A stretch of DNA of 64,000 bases from Paracoccaceae bacterium (GTDB lineage: Bacteria; Pseudomonadota; Alphaproteobacteria; Rhodobacterales; Rhodobacteraceae). Position 1 is the first letter of the stretch. Each line of letters opens with the position of its first letter. Made by a program: the position numbers and the translations under genes. The notes beneath the pieces were generated by a model that saw only the letters and a list, made by a program, of their open reading frames with translations, did no database searches and was not told the origin of the DNA. Shown here in pieces: positions 44,166-53,628 of the stretch. Location: the NCBI GenBank assembly GCA_011620265.1, contig WOZM01000031.1, positions 3,289-67,288 on the forward strand, in the 5' to 3' direction.

Positions 44166-44588
44166 ATGCAACTATCGAGACGGAATGCCCTGGCGCTCGG
44201 CCTGGGCGGCGTCGCCTTCGCGGCCCTTCCGCTGCCGGCGATGGCGGCGGAAACGGTCGAGGAACTGACGGCGGCCTTCGCCGGCGGCGCCACGGTGGGC
44301 ACCGGCGGGGTCACCCTGACCGCGCCCGAGATCGCCGAGAACGGCAACACCGTGCCGATCTCCGTGGACGCGCCGGGCGCCACCGCGATCATGCTGCTGG
44401 CCTCGGGCAACCCGACGCCGGCGGTCTGCACGTTCAACTTCGGCCCCGCGGCGGGCTCGCAGATGGCCTCCACCCGCATCCGCCTCGCGAAGACGCAGGA
44501 CGTCATCGCGCTGGCGAGAATGGCGGATGGCAGCGTCGTGCAGGCCTCGTCCACGGTCAAGGTTACCATCGGCGGCTGCGGCGGCTGA
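44166..44588 (+). CDS. soxY: Sulfur carrier protein SoxY
   Basis: It has a Tat-like signal (MQLSRRNALALGLGG) and the diagnostic C-terminal swinging arm VTIGGCGG*. Confidence 0.95.
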   Translation: MQLSRRNALALGLGGVAFAALPLPAMAAETVEELTAAFAGGATVGTGGVTLTAPEIAENGNTVPISVDAPGATAIMLLASGNPTPAVCTFNFGPAAGSQMASTRIRLAKTQDVIALARMADGSVVQASSTVKVTIGGCGG

Positions 44589-44606
44589 GCTTAGGGAGCA
44601 AACACA

Positions 44607-44936
44607 ATGGCAAAAGATGTCAAACCCCGCGTCAAGGTCCCGAAATCGGCTGCCGCCGGTGAGGTGGTGACGATCAAGACGCTGATCAGTCACCCGATGG
44701 AATCGGGCCAGCGCAAGGACAAGGACGGCAACCTCATCCCGCGTTCGATCATCAACCGCTTCACCTGCGACCTGAACGGCGTGAACGTCATCGACGTGAC
44801 GCTCGATCCGGCGATCTCGACCAACCCGTACTTCGAATTCGACGCCAAGGTCGATGCCGCGGGCGAGTTCAAGTTCACCTGGTACGACGACGACGGCTCC
44901 GTCTACGAGGACACGAAACCGATCGAAGTGGCCTGA
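44607..44936 (+). CDS. soxZ: SoxZ
   Basis: The 109-aa ORF (MAKDVKPRVKVPKSAAAGEVVTIKTLISHPMESGQRKD...) lies immediately after soxY. Confidence 0.95.
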   Translation: MAKDVKPRVKVPKSAAAGEVVTIKTLISHPMESGQRKDKDGNLIPRSIINRFTCDLNGVNVIDVTLDPAISTNPYFEFDAKVDAAGEFKFTWYDDDGSVYEDTKPIEVA

Positions 44937-45000
44937 CGCAAGCGCCGAGGACAGGACCGCCGCCGGCCATGCCGGCGCGGTTTCTCAGGGAGGATAACGC

Positions 45001-45858
45001 ATGAAGATCAAGACACTCGCCGGGACCTGCGCCGCCGCGGCCCTCGCTTTCGCGGGGCTCTCCGCCTGGGCCGGACCGGTGGACGACACGCTTGTGATCA
45101 ACGAAGAGATCGAGATAGTCACCCACACGACCTCTGCCCCCGACTACATCGACGGGCTGAGCGAGCAGTATTCCGGCTGGCACTTCCGCGAAGACGACAC
45201 CCGCGACATGCAGCGTGACGACTTCGACAATCCGGGCATGCTCGGCGTCGAGGCCGCGATGGAGGACTGGAACACCGAGGACGGAGCCGAGGGCAAATCC
45301 TGCGCCTCCTGCCACGAGGCGCCGGAAAGCATGGCCGGCGTGCGGACCCAGATGCCGAAGTTCAGCGAGACGAAGGGCACGATGATGACGCTCGAGATGT
45401 ATATCAACGAGTGTCGGACAGAACGCATGGGCGCCGAAGCCTGGGGCTGGGACGACGCGGCGATGGTCAACATGACCGCGCTCATCTCCTCGGTGTCGCG
45501 CGGCATGCCGGTGAACGTGGCCGTGGACGGGCCTGCCGCCCCGTTCTGGGAACTGGGCAAGGAGATGTACTACACCCGCTATGGCCAACTCGAGCTTTCC
45601 TGCGCGAACTGTCACGAGCAGAATTACGGCAACTTCATCCGCGCCGACCACCTGAGCCAGGGCCAGGTCAACGGCTTCCCGGTCTACCGACTGAAGGACG
45701 CCAAGCTCTCGTCGATCCACAACCGCTTCAAGGGCTGCATCCGCGACACGCGGGCCGAGACCTTCAAGCCCGGCTCGCCCGAGTTCATCGCGCTCGAGAC
45801 CTATGTCGCCTCGCGCGGCAACGGGCTGTCGGTCGAGGGGCCGTCGGTTCGCAACTGA
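45001..45858 (+). CDS. soxA: Diheme cytochrome c SoxA
   Basis: It has a signal peptide and two CxxCH motifs (CASCH, CANCH). It also has the conserved KGCIRD region containing the Cys heme ligand. Confidence 0.95.
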   Translation: MKIKTLAGTCAAAALAFAGLSAWAGPVDDTLVINEEIEIVTHTTSAPDYIDGLSEQYSGWHFREDDTRDMQRDDFDNPGMLGVEAAMEDWNTEDGAEGKSCASCHEAPESMAGVRTQMPKFSETKGTMMTLEMYINECRTERMGAEAWGWDDAAMVNMTALISSVSRGMPVNVAVDGPAAPFWELGKEMYYTRYGQLELSCANCHEQNYGNFIRADHLSQGQVNGFPVYRLKDAKLSSIHNRFKGCIRDTRAETFKPGSPEFIALETYVASRGNGLSVEGPSVRN

Positions 45859-45983
45859 CCGAAGACCGGTCCGGGCGGCCGCCGCCCGGGCCCATTCGTT
45901 TGTTCATTTTTTGATCGGGGCAGGGCGGAGCGTGCAGTTGCGCGCCGGCATCGCCTTTGCCCACAGGACGAGGACAGACAGAC

Positions 45984-47675
45984 ATGATTTCCCGGCGGGA
46001 TTTCCTTCAGGCAACGGTGGCGGCATCCGCCTTGTGGGGCGCGTCCGGCGTCGGCAACTGGTCGCGGCTCGCCGCGCAGCAGGCGCTGACCCAGGACAAG
46101 CTTCTTGAGTTCGATGACTACGGCAATGTCACGCTGATCCACATCACCGACATCCACGCCCAGATGAAGCCGATCTGGTTCCGCGAGCCCGAGATCAACC
46201 TCGGCGTCGGCGCCGTGAACGGTCAGCCGCCGCATGTCACCGGCGCCGATTTCCTCAAGATGTTCAACATCGAGAGCGGCACACCCGAGGCCTATGCCCT
46301 GACCTATCCCGATTTCGAAGCCCTCGCCAGGGCCTATGGCCGGATGGGCGGGCTCGATCGCTGCGCCACCGTGATCAAGGCGATCCGCGCCGCGCGTCCC
46401 GATGCGCTGCTGCTCGACGGCGGCGATACCTGGCAGGGCTCGCTCACGGCGCAGAAGACGGCCGGTCAGGACATGGTCAACGTGATGAACGCGCTGAAGC
46501 CCGACGCGATGACCTCGCACTGGGAATTCACCCTCGGCATCGACCGCGTGACCGAGATCGTCGAGGGGCTCGACTTCCCCTTCCTCGGCGCCAACATCTT
46601 CGACGCCGAATGGAACGAGCCGGCCTATGAGCCCTACAAGATGTTCGAGGTCGGCGGCGCCAATGTCGCGGTGATCGGCCAGGCCTTCCCCTACCTCCCC
46701 ATCGCGAACCCCAAGTGGATGTTCCCGAACCTCTCCTTCGGCGTGCGCGAGGAGCGGATGGCCGAGGTGGTGCAGGAGGTCCGCGACAACGGCGCCGATC
46801 TGGTCGTCGTGCTCAGCCACAACGGCTTCGACGTGGACCGCAAGATGGCCGGCAACGTGCCCGGCATCGACGTGATCCTCACCGGCCACACCCATGACGC
46901 CCTGCCCGAGCCGGTGATGGTCGGCCAGACCCTGCTGATCGCGTCGGGCTCCAACGGCAAGTTCATCAGCCGCGTCGATCTCGACGTGCAGAACGGCCGG
47001 ATGATGGGCTTCAAGCACAAGCTGATCCCGATCTTCTCGGACGTGATCGAGCCCGATGCCGAGGTCGCCGCCCTCATCGACGCCGAGCGTGAACCGTTCA
47101 AGGCTGAACTGGAAGAAGTGCTCGGCACCACCGACAGCCTGCTTTATCGCCGCGGCAATTTCAACGGCACCTGGGACGACCTGATCTGCAACGCGCTGAT
47201 CGACGAGCATCAGGCCGACATCGCGCTCTCGCCCGGATTCCGCTGGGGACCGTCGTTGCTACCGGGCGACAACATCACCCGCGAAGATCTGCACAATGCA
47301 ACCGCGATGAGCTACCCGGCCGCGTATCGGAGCGAGATGACGGGCGAGACGCTTCACACGATCCTCGAGGACGTGGCCGACAACCTCTTCAACCCCGATC
47401 CCTATTACCAGCAGGGCGGCGACATGGTTCGCGTCGGCGGCATGGGCTACCACATCGACGTGTCGAAGCCGCAAGGCAGCCGCATCACCAACATGACGAT
47501 GCTGAAGACCGGCGAGGCGGTGGACCCGGCGAAAAGCTACGTCGTCGCCGGCTGGGCCAGCGTGAACGAGGGCACCGAAGGCCCGGCGATCTGGGACCTC
47601 GTCGAGGCCTGGATCAGGAAGCAGGGCGCGGTGACGATCGACCCGAATACCTCCGTTCAGGTGACGGGGGCGTGA
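45984..47675 (+). CDS. soxB: Thiosulfohydrolase SoxB (dimanganese 5'-nucleotidase fold)
   Basis: The ATG at 45984 gives a Tat signal, MISRRDFLQATVAASAL. The metallophosphoesterase motifs are LIHITDIHAQ, DGGDTWQG and LSHNGFDVD. Confidence 0.95.
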   Translation: MISRRDFLQATVAASALWGASGVGNWSRLAAQQALTQDKLLEFDDYGNVTLIHITDIHAQMKPIWFREPEINLGVGAVNGQPPHVTGADFLKMFNIESGTPEAYALTYPDFEALARAYGRMGGLDRCATVIKAIRAARPDALLLDGGDTWQGSLTAQKTAGQDMVNVMNALKPDAMTSHWEFTLGIDRVTEIVEGLDFPFLGANIFDAEWNEPAYEPYKMFEVGGANVAVIGQAFPYLPIANPKWMFPNLSFGVREERMAEVVQEVRDNGADLVVVLSHNGFDVDRKMAGNVPGIDVILTGHTHDALPEPVMVGQTLLIASGSNGKFISRVDLDVQNGRMMGFKHKLIPIFSDVIEPDAEVAALIDAEREPFKAELEEVLGTTDSLLYRRGNFNGTWDDLICNALIDEHQADIALSPGFRWGPSLLPGDNITREDLHNATAMSYPAAYRSEMTGETLHTILEDVADNLFNPDPYYQQGGDMVRVGGMGYHIDVSKPQGSRITNMTMLKTGEAVDPAKSYVVAGWASVNEGTEGPAIWDLVEAWIRKQGAVTIDPNTSVQVTGA

Positions 47676-47709
47676 GATGAAAGAAAACTGGACGAAACAG
47701 GAGGTTTCG

Positions 47710-48999
47710 ATGTCAGAGACCGAAGACACCGCAAAGCCGGCGGGCGGCGCCAGCCGCCGCGCCTTCCTCGGCGCGGGCCTCGCGGCCGGCGGCGCTGTTG
47801 CGACGACCGGGCTGGCCCGCGCGCAAGGCGCGGCACCCGACCCGCTCATCACCGAGGTGCAGGACTGGGCCACCGCCTTCGGCGATGCGGTGGACGCCGC
47901 GCCCTACGGGACGCCGATCCATTTCGAAAGCCATGTGGTGCGCCGCAATGTCGAATGGCTGACCGAAAGCCCGGTCTCATCGATCAACTTCACGCCGATC
48001 CATGCGCTCGAAGGCACGATCACGCCGCAGGGCTGCGCCTTCGAACGCCACCATTCCGGCGCGATCGAGCTTTCGAAGCAGGACTACCGGCTGATGATCA
48101 CCGGGCTTGTGGAACAGCCCCTCGTCTTCACATACGAGGACCTGACGCGCTTCCCGCGCACCGTCACCACCGCCTTCTGCGAATGCGCGGCCAATGGCGG
48201 CATGGAATGGGGCGGCGCCCAGCTCGAAGGTTGCCAGTTCACCCAGGGCATGATCCACAACATGGAATATACCGGGGTGATGCTGCGCGACCTCCTCAAC
48301 GAGGCCGGCGTGAAGCCCGAGGGCAAGTGGGTCTATGCCGAAGGCGCCGATGCGTCCTCGAACGGCCGCTCGATGCCGCTCGAAAAGGCGATGGACGACG
48401 TGATGGTCGCCTTCTTCGCCAATGGCGAGGCGCTGCGGAAAGAGCATGGCTATCCCGTCCGCCTGGTCGTGCCGGGCTTCGAAGGCAACATGTGGGTGAA
48501 GTGGCTGCGCCGGATCGGGGTCTACGATCAGGCGGTGGAAAGCCGCGAGGAAACCTCGAAATACACCGACCTGATGCCCGACGGGCGGGCGCGGAAATGG
48601 ACCTGGGTGATGGACGCGAAATCCGTCATCACCTCGCCCAGCCCGCAGGCGCCGATCCGGCATGGCAAGGGGCCTTTGGTCATCACCGGCCTCGCCTGGT
48701 CCGGACAGGGCAAGATCGCCCGCGTCGACGTCTCGTTCGACGGCGGCAGGAACTGGCAGGAGGCGCGGATCTCCGGCGACGTGAAGCCGAAGGCGCTGAC
48801 GCGCTTCCACCTCGACATCGACTGGGACGGGTCGGAGATGCTCCTTCAGTCCCGCGCGGTGGACGAGACCGGGTATGTCCAGCCCACCAAGGACGCGCTC
48901 CGCAAGATCCGGGGCCTGAACAACGTCTACCACAACAACGGGATCCAGACCTGGTGGGTCCGCGCCGACGGGGAGGTCGAGAATGTCGAAGTCGCTTAA
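47710..48999 (+). CDS. soxC: Sulfane dehydrogenase molybdopterin subunit SoxC
   Basis: The ATG at 47710 has an AGGAGG RBS, whereas the ORF-track start at 47677 lacks one. It has a Tat signal (ASRRAFLGAG) and a sulfite-oxidase-family Moco domain (TAFCECAANGG). Confidence 0.9.
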   Translation: MSETEDTAKPAGGASRRAFLGAGLAAGGAVATTGLARAQGAAPDPLITEVQDWATAFGDAVDAAPYGTPIHFESHVVRRNVEWLTESPVSSINFTPIHALEGTITPQGCAFERHHSGAIELSKQDYRLMITGLVEQPLVFTYEDLTRFPRTVTTAFCECAANGGMEWGGAQLEGCQFTQGMIHNMEYTGVMLRDLLNEAGVKPEGKWVYAEGADASSNGRSMPLEKAMDDVMVAFFANGEALRKEHGYPVRLVVPGFEGNMWVKWLRRIGVYDQAVESREETSKYTDLMPDGRARKWTWVMDAKSVITSPSPQAPIRHGKGPLVITGLAWSGQGKIARVDVSFDGGRNWQEARISGDVKPKALTRFHLDIDWDGSEMLLQSRAVDETGYVQPTKDALRKIRGLNNVYHNNGIQTWWVRADGEVENVEVA

Positions 49000-50089
49000 G
49001 CTCCTCGCGGGAACCGCTCTCTCGCTCTCGCTCCTCGCCGGTCCGGCGCTGGCGGAGAAGATGGGCCTCGGCCGCCCGGCTTTGCCCGAGGAGGTCGCAG
49101 CCTGGGACATCGCCGTCCTGCCCGACGGCACCGGCCTGCCGGTCGGTTCGGGCGATGTCTTCACCGGCGACGAGGTCTTCGCCGAGAAATGCGCCTCCTG
49201 CCACGGCGACTTCGCCGAGGGCATCGACAACTGGCCGGTGCTGGCCGGCGGGCAGGGCTCGCTCCGCGACCGCCGTCCGGTCAAGACCATCGGCTCCTAC
49301 TGGCCCTATCTCTCGACCGTCTTCGACTACATCCACCGTTCCATGCCCTTCGGCGCGGCGCAGACGGTGAGCGCGGACGAGGCCTATGCGATCACCGCGT
49401 TCCTGCTCTATTCGAACGGGCTCGTGGAGGACGATTTCGAGCTTTCGAACGAGAACTTCACCGAGATCACCCTGCCGAACGCCGAGGGCTTCTATCCCGA
49501 CGACCGGGCAGAGACGGAATACACGGTCTTCTCGGGCGAGCCATGCATGACCGACTGCGTGGCCTCGGTCGAGGTGACGAAGCGCGCCGTGACGCTGAAC
49601 GTCACGCCGACCGACCCCGACGGCAAGCCTGCCGGCACCCTGCCGCCCCTGGCCCCGGCCGAGGCCGGGGAACCCGCGACCGAGGTCGCGCAGGCCGAGC
49701 CCGAGGCCGCCCCGGCCGCCGAAGCCCCGGCCGCCGAAGCCCCGGCCGCCGAAATAGCCGCCGTCGATCCGGAGATGGTCGAGGCGGGCGCAAAGGTGTT
49801 CAAGAAATGCGCCGCCTGCCACAAGGTCGGCGACGACGCCAAGAACGCCATCGGCCCGATGCTCAACGGGATTGTCGGCCGGGCGGCGGGAAGCGTCGAG
49901 GGCTTCAAGTATTCCAAGCCCATGCAGGCGGCGGCCGAAGCCGGCCTGGCCTGGACGCCCGAGGCGATGGCGGAGTTCCTTGCCGATCCGAAAGGCTATA
50001 TGAAGGGCACCAAGATGTCCTTTGCCGGCCTGAAGAAGCAAGAAGAGGTCGACGCCGTGATCGCCTATCTGAGCACGTTCGGCGGATAA
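48983..50089 (+). CDS. soxD: Diheme cytochrome c SoxD
   Basis: It overlaps the soxC end. The two heme motifs, CASCH and CAACH, are separated by an Ala/Pro/Glu linker. Confidence 0.9.
   Translation: MSKSLKLLAGTALSLSLLAGPALAEKMGLGRPALPEEVAAWDIAVLPDGTGLPVGSGDVFTGDEVFAEKCASCHGDFAEGIDNWPVLAGGQGSLRDRRPVKTIGSYWPYLSTVFDYIHRSMPFGAAQTVSADEAYAITAFLLYSNGLVEDDFELSNENFTEITLPNAEGFYPDDRAETEYTVFSGEPCMTDCVASVEVTKRAVTLNVTPTDPDGKPAGTLPPLAPAEAGEPATEVAQAEPEAAPAAEAPAAEAPAAEIAAVDPEMVEAGAKVFKKCAACHKVGDDAKNAIGPMLNGIVGRAAGSVEGFKYSKPMQAAAEAGLAWTPEAMAEFLADPKGYMKGTKMSFAGLKKQEEVDAVIAYLSTFGG
49709..49753 (+). repeat. Perfect 3 x 15-nt tandem repeat (GCCCCGGCCGCCGAA) inside soxD
   Basis: Read directly from the sequence. 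It encodes the (APAAE)3 part of the inter-domain linker. Confidence 0.9.
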
Positions 50090-50809
50090 GTGGCGGGGCG
50101 GGGTTCCATAAACCTCGCCTTTCGCCTCGCGCTCGTCTCGGCGCTGGGCGCCACCGCGCTGCCTGCGGCCGAGATCGGCGACGCCGGGAACGGCGCGGTG
50201 ATATGGGGCGACTGCGCCGGCTGCCACGAGATCGGGCCGGAGGCGAAGAACGCCATCGGCCCGAAGCTCAACGGCATCTTCGGCCGCCGCGCGGCGGGCC
50301 TTCCCGATTTCGACTATTCGAAAAGCCTGACCCGGGCAGGGCGCGACGGCGTCGTCTGGACGCTCGAGACGCTCGACGCCTATATCGCCAATCCGAGGAC
50401 CTTCGCCTCGGGGACGCGGATGTCCTATCCCGGGCTCGACGATCCCGGCAAGCGCGCCGATCTTCTCGCCTTCCTGCGCGACTTCTCCGACAGGCCCCGC
50501 GACATCCCCGAAGCGGCCCCCACCGCGCGCCGCACCCTGCCGGAACTGCCACCCGACATCCTCGCCCTGCAGGGCGATCCGGAATTCGGCGAATACCTCG
50601 CCTCCGAATGCCAGGCCTGCCACCAGGCGAGCGGCGCCGACGAGGGCATCCCCTCGATCACGCTCTGGCCCGAGGAGAATTTCGTGCTCGCCATGCATGC
50701 CTACAAGCAGAAATTGCGCCCCCATCCCGTCATGCAGATGATGGCCGGGCGCCTGACCGAGGAGGAGATCGCGGCCCTCGCCGCCTATTTCGCGACACTG
50801 ACCGAATAG
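50090..50809 (+). CDS. soxE: Diheme cytochrome c SoxE
   Basis: The GTG start lies directly after the soxD stop. It has a signal-like N-terminus and the heme motifs CAGCH and CQACH. Confidence 0.8.
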   Translation: MAGRGSINLAFRLALVSALGATALPAAEIGDAGNGAVIWGDCAGCHEIGPEAKNAIGPKLNGIFGRRAAGLPDFDYSKSLTRAGRDGVVWTLETLDAYIANPRTFASGTRMSYPGLDDPGKRADLLAFLRDFSDRPRDIPEAAPTARRTLPELPPDILALQGDPEFGEYLASECQACHQASGADEGIPSITLWPEENFVLAMHAYKQKLRPHPVMQMMAGRLTEEEIAALAAYFATLTE

Positions 50810-50830
50810 AACCGATCCAGGGAGGAAGAG

Positions 50831-52096
50831 ATGACTTTGAACAGACGGGGATTTCTCGGAACCATCGCCGCCACCGGCGCGGTGCTCGCCGCTCCGGCGG
50901 TGCTCGGCCAGACGAAGCCGCGCGTTGTCGTCATCGGCGGCGGGGCGGGCGGGGCGACCTGCGCGCGCTACCTCGCCAGGGACAGCGACGGCGCCATTGA
51001 CGTGACGCTCGTCGAGCCGGCCGAGGTCTATTACACCTGCTTCTTCTCCAACCTCTATATCGGCGGCTTCCGCGAATTCGAGAGCCTCGCCCATCGCTAC
51101 GACAAGCTGACGGGCGAGCACGGCATCACCCATGCCCGCGCCATGGCCGAGGGCGTGGACCGCGACGCCGGGACCGTGACCCTCGCCGGCGGCGAGGTGC
51201 TGGCCTATGACCGCCTCGTCATCGCGCCGGGGATCGACTTCGTCGAGGGCTCCGTCCCCGGCTGGGACCTGTCCAGGGCCGAGATCATGCCGCATGCCTA
51301 CAAGGCCGGCCCCCAGACCCAGATCCTGAAATCGCAGGTCGAGGCGATGCCCGAGGGCGGCACCTTCTGCATGGTGGCGCCGCCCAATCCCTATCGCTGC
51401 CCGCCGGGGCCCTATGAGCGGATCTCGATGGTCGCCCATGTGCTGAAGGCAAGGAATCCGACCGCGAAGATCCTGCTCGTCGATCCGAAGGACAAGTACT
51501 CCAAGCAGGCGCTCTTCGAGGAGGGCTGGGAGAAGCACTATTCCGGCATGATCACCCGCATCGGCCCGGATTTCGGCGCCGCGAATGTCGAGGTGCGGCC
51601 CGACGCGATGGAGGTCGTCATCGACGGCGAGGTCGAGAAAGTCGATGTCTGCAACGTCATCCCGGCGCAGAAGGCCGGCATGATCGCCGAGGCCGCCGGC
51701 GTGACAGACGACAAGGGCTGGGCGCCGGTCAACCCGCATTCGATGGCCAGCCGCGCCGACCCCAGGGTCTTCGTGCTCGGCGACGCATCAGCGCAGGGCG
51801 ACATGCCGAAATCCGGCTTTTCGGCCAACAGCCAGGCCAAGGTCGCGGCGATGGTGATCCGGTCCGAACTGACCGGGTCGAAGGCCTTCCCGGCGAAGTA
51901 TTCCAACACCTGCTGGTCGCTCATCGACACCGATGACGGCGTCAAGGTCGGCGCCTCCTACGAGGCGACGGACGAAAAGATCGCCTCCGTCGACAGCTTC
52001 ATCAGCCAGACCGGCGAGGATGCGGACCTGCGCAAGGCGACCTACGAGGAAAGCCTCGGCTGGTATGCCGGCATCACCGCCGACATCTTCGGCTGA
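50831..52096 (+). CDS. soxF: Flavoprotein SoxF (flavocytochrome c sulfide dehydrogenase FccB-like)
   Basis: It has a Tat signal (MTLNRRGFLGTIAATGA) and the FAD fold motif VVVIGGGAGGATCARYL. The conserved CPPGPYER motif is present. Confidence 0.9.
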   Translation: MTLNRRGFLGTIAATGAVLAAPAVLGQTKPRVVVIGGGAGGATCARYLARDSDGAIDVTLVEPAEVYYTCFFSNLYIGGFREFESLAHRYDKLTGEHGITHARAMAEGVDRDAGTVTLAGGEVLAYDRLVIAPGIDFVEGSVPGWDLSRAEIMPHAYKAGPQTQILKSQVEAMPEGGTFCMVAPPNPYRCPPGPYERISMVAHVLKARNPTAKILLVDPKDKYSKQALFEEGWEKHYSGMITRIGPDFGAANVEVRPDAMEVVIDGEVEKVDVCNVIPAQKAGMIAEAAGVTDDKGWAPVNPHSMASRADPRVFVLGDASAQGDMPKSGFSANSQAKVAAMVIRSELTGSKAFPAKYSNTCWSLIDTDDGVKVGASYEATDEKIASVDSFISQTGEDADLRKATYEESLGWYAGITADIFG

Positions 52097-52160
52097 CCCC
52101 CGCGACCCCAAGGCGAGGGCCCGATGGCGGGCCTTCGCACCCAACCACGAAAGGCCCCCG

Positions 52161-53072
52161 ATGCTCACCCGCCGCACCTTCCTGACCGCCGCGACCGCGA
52201 CCCTTGTCGCGCCCCTTGCCCCGCGCCGTTCCTGGGCGATCAACACGCTGACGCTCGGCGATCTCAGGATCGACACGCTGTCGGACGGCAACCTGCTGCT
52301 GCCGGGCAGTTTCATCTTCGGCGACATCCCGGCCGACGACCTCGCGCCGATCATCGCGAAATACGGGATTTCGGCAGATCAGCTCACCCCGCCCTGCAAC
52401 GTCACGCTCCTGCGCGACGGCACCAACACCGTCCTTTTCGACGTTGGCTCGGGCCCGGATTTCCAGGCCTCGGCGGGCAAGCTTTCCGAGGCGATGGACG
52501 CGATGGGCCTGACGGCGGACGAGGTCACGCATGTCCTCTTCACCCATGCCCATCCCGATCACCTCTGGGGCCTGCTCGACGATTTCGACGAGCCGGTCTT
52601 CCCCAACGCCGAATACATGATCGGCCAGGCGGAGTTCGACTACTGGACCGATCCCGACACCGTCTCGACCATCGGCGAGGCGCGCACGACCTTCGCCGTG
52701 GGCGCCGCGCGCCGGCTCGGGGCCATCGCCGACAGCGTCCGGCTTCTTGCCGACGGGGAGGAGCCGCTGGCGGGCATCGCGGCGCGGCTGACGCCGGGCC
52801 ACACGCCGGGCCACCTCGCCTTCGAGATCGCGGGTCCGACCCCGGTCATGATCCTCGGTGACTGCATCGCCAACCATCACGTCGCCTTCGAGCGGCCGGA
52901 CTGGCCGTCGGGCTCCGATCAGGACAGGGCGCTTGGCGCCGAGACGCGCGTCGCGCTGCTCGACCGGCTCGTCGCCGAGAACTTCGTCCTCACCGGCTTT
53001 CACCTTCCCGGCGGCGGCATCGGCCGGGCCGAGAGGGCCGGGGGCGGCTACCGTTTCGTGGAAGAGGTCTGA
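52161..53072 (+). CDS. Periplasmic metallo-beta-lactamase-fold hydrolase (SoxG/SoxH-like)
   Basis: The ATG at 52161 gives a Tat signal, MLTRRTFLTAATATL. The zinc motif is THAHPDHLWG. The protein is 303 aa. Confidence 0.8.
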   Translation: MLTRRTFLTAATATLVAPLAPRRSWAINTLTLGDLRIDTLSDGNLLLPGSFIFGDIPADDLAPIIAKYGISADQLTPPCNVTLLRDGTNTVLFDVGSGPDFQASAGKLSEAMDAMGLTADEVTHVLFTHAHPDHLWGLLDDFDEPVFPNAEYMIGQAEFDYWTDPDTVSTIGEARTTFAVGAARRLGAIADSVRLLADGEEPLAGIAARLTPGHTPGHLAFEIAGPTPVMILGDCIANHHVAFERPDWPSGSDQDRALGAETRVALLDRLVAENFVLTGFHLPGGGIGRAERAGGGYRFVEEV

Positions 53073-53134
53073 CCCTGCCCGGCGCCGTCGGCGCCGCAAG
53101 CAGGTCAGGCAAACGCAACAAAGGAGTGTCTATC

Positions 53135-53572
53135 ATGTTCAGACTGGGAAGTGCCGCTTTGCTGGCGGTCGGCCTTGGCGCGGGTGCCGCGCTGGCGCAG
53201 GACGCGACGACCTATCCCTTCGACGGCAGCTTCGACGACGCGACCTTCGCGGTCGAGAATGCGATCGTCGGCAAGGGCCTCGTCATCGACTATGTCAGCC
53301 ATGTCGGCGAGATGCTGAACCGCACCGGCGCCGATGTCGGCAGCGACGTGAAGATCTTCGACGCGGCGGATGTGTTCCTCTTCTGCTCGGCGCAGCTCTC
53401 GCGGAAAGTGATGGAAGCCGACCCGATGAACATCGCGCACTGCCCCTACGGCATCTTCGTGACCGATCGCGACGGGGTCGTGGCCGTCGGCTACCGGCAC
53501 CTGCCCGAGGGCGTGATGCAGGAGGTCCAGGCGCTTCTCGACGGGATCGCCCGCGAGGCGTCGGGCCAGTAA
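53135..53572 (+). CDS. DUF302-domain periplasmic protein
   Basis: The ATG at 53135 lies 8 nt after AAGGAG, while the ORF-track GTG at 53126 sits inside the RBS. It has a signal peptide, then FDDATFAVENAIVGKGLVIDYVSHVGEML...HCPYGIFV, which is typical of DUF302. Confidence 0.75.
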   Translation: MFRLGSAALLAVGLGAGAALAQDATTYPFDGSFDDATFAVENAIVGKGLVIDYVSHVGEMLNRTGADVGSDVKIFDAADVFLFCSAQLSRKVMEADPMNIAHCPYGIFVTDRDGVVAVGYRHLPEGVMQEVQALLDGIAREASGQ

Positions 53573-53581
53573 CCGGCCTCT

Positions 53582-53613
53582 CCCGCAAGGTGGGTTTGAA
53601 CCCACCTTGCGGG
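53582..53613. terminator. Bidirectional hairpin terminator between convergent genes
   Basis: A perfect 13-15-bp stem, CCCGCAAGGTGGGTT/AACCCACCTTGCGGG, lies between the DUF302 stop (53572) and the fdsA stop (53629). Confidence 0.6.
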
Positions 53614-53628
53614 GAACGGGAGTGCCGG

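Noticed and set aside
48683-51739. A 1018-aa minus-strand ORF across soxC-soxF. Similar long ORFs lie at 30757..32946 (729 aa, minus strand) and 58231..60015 (594 aa, minus strand).
   Set aside because: All are low-complexity and lie antisense to, or out of frame with, genes that have diagnostic motifs. They were rejected as non-coding frames.
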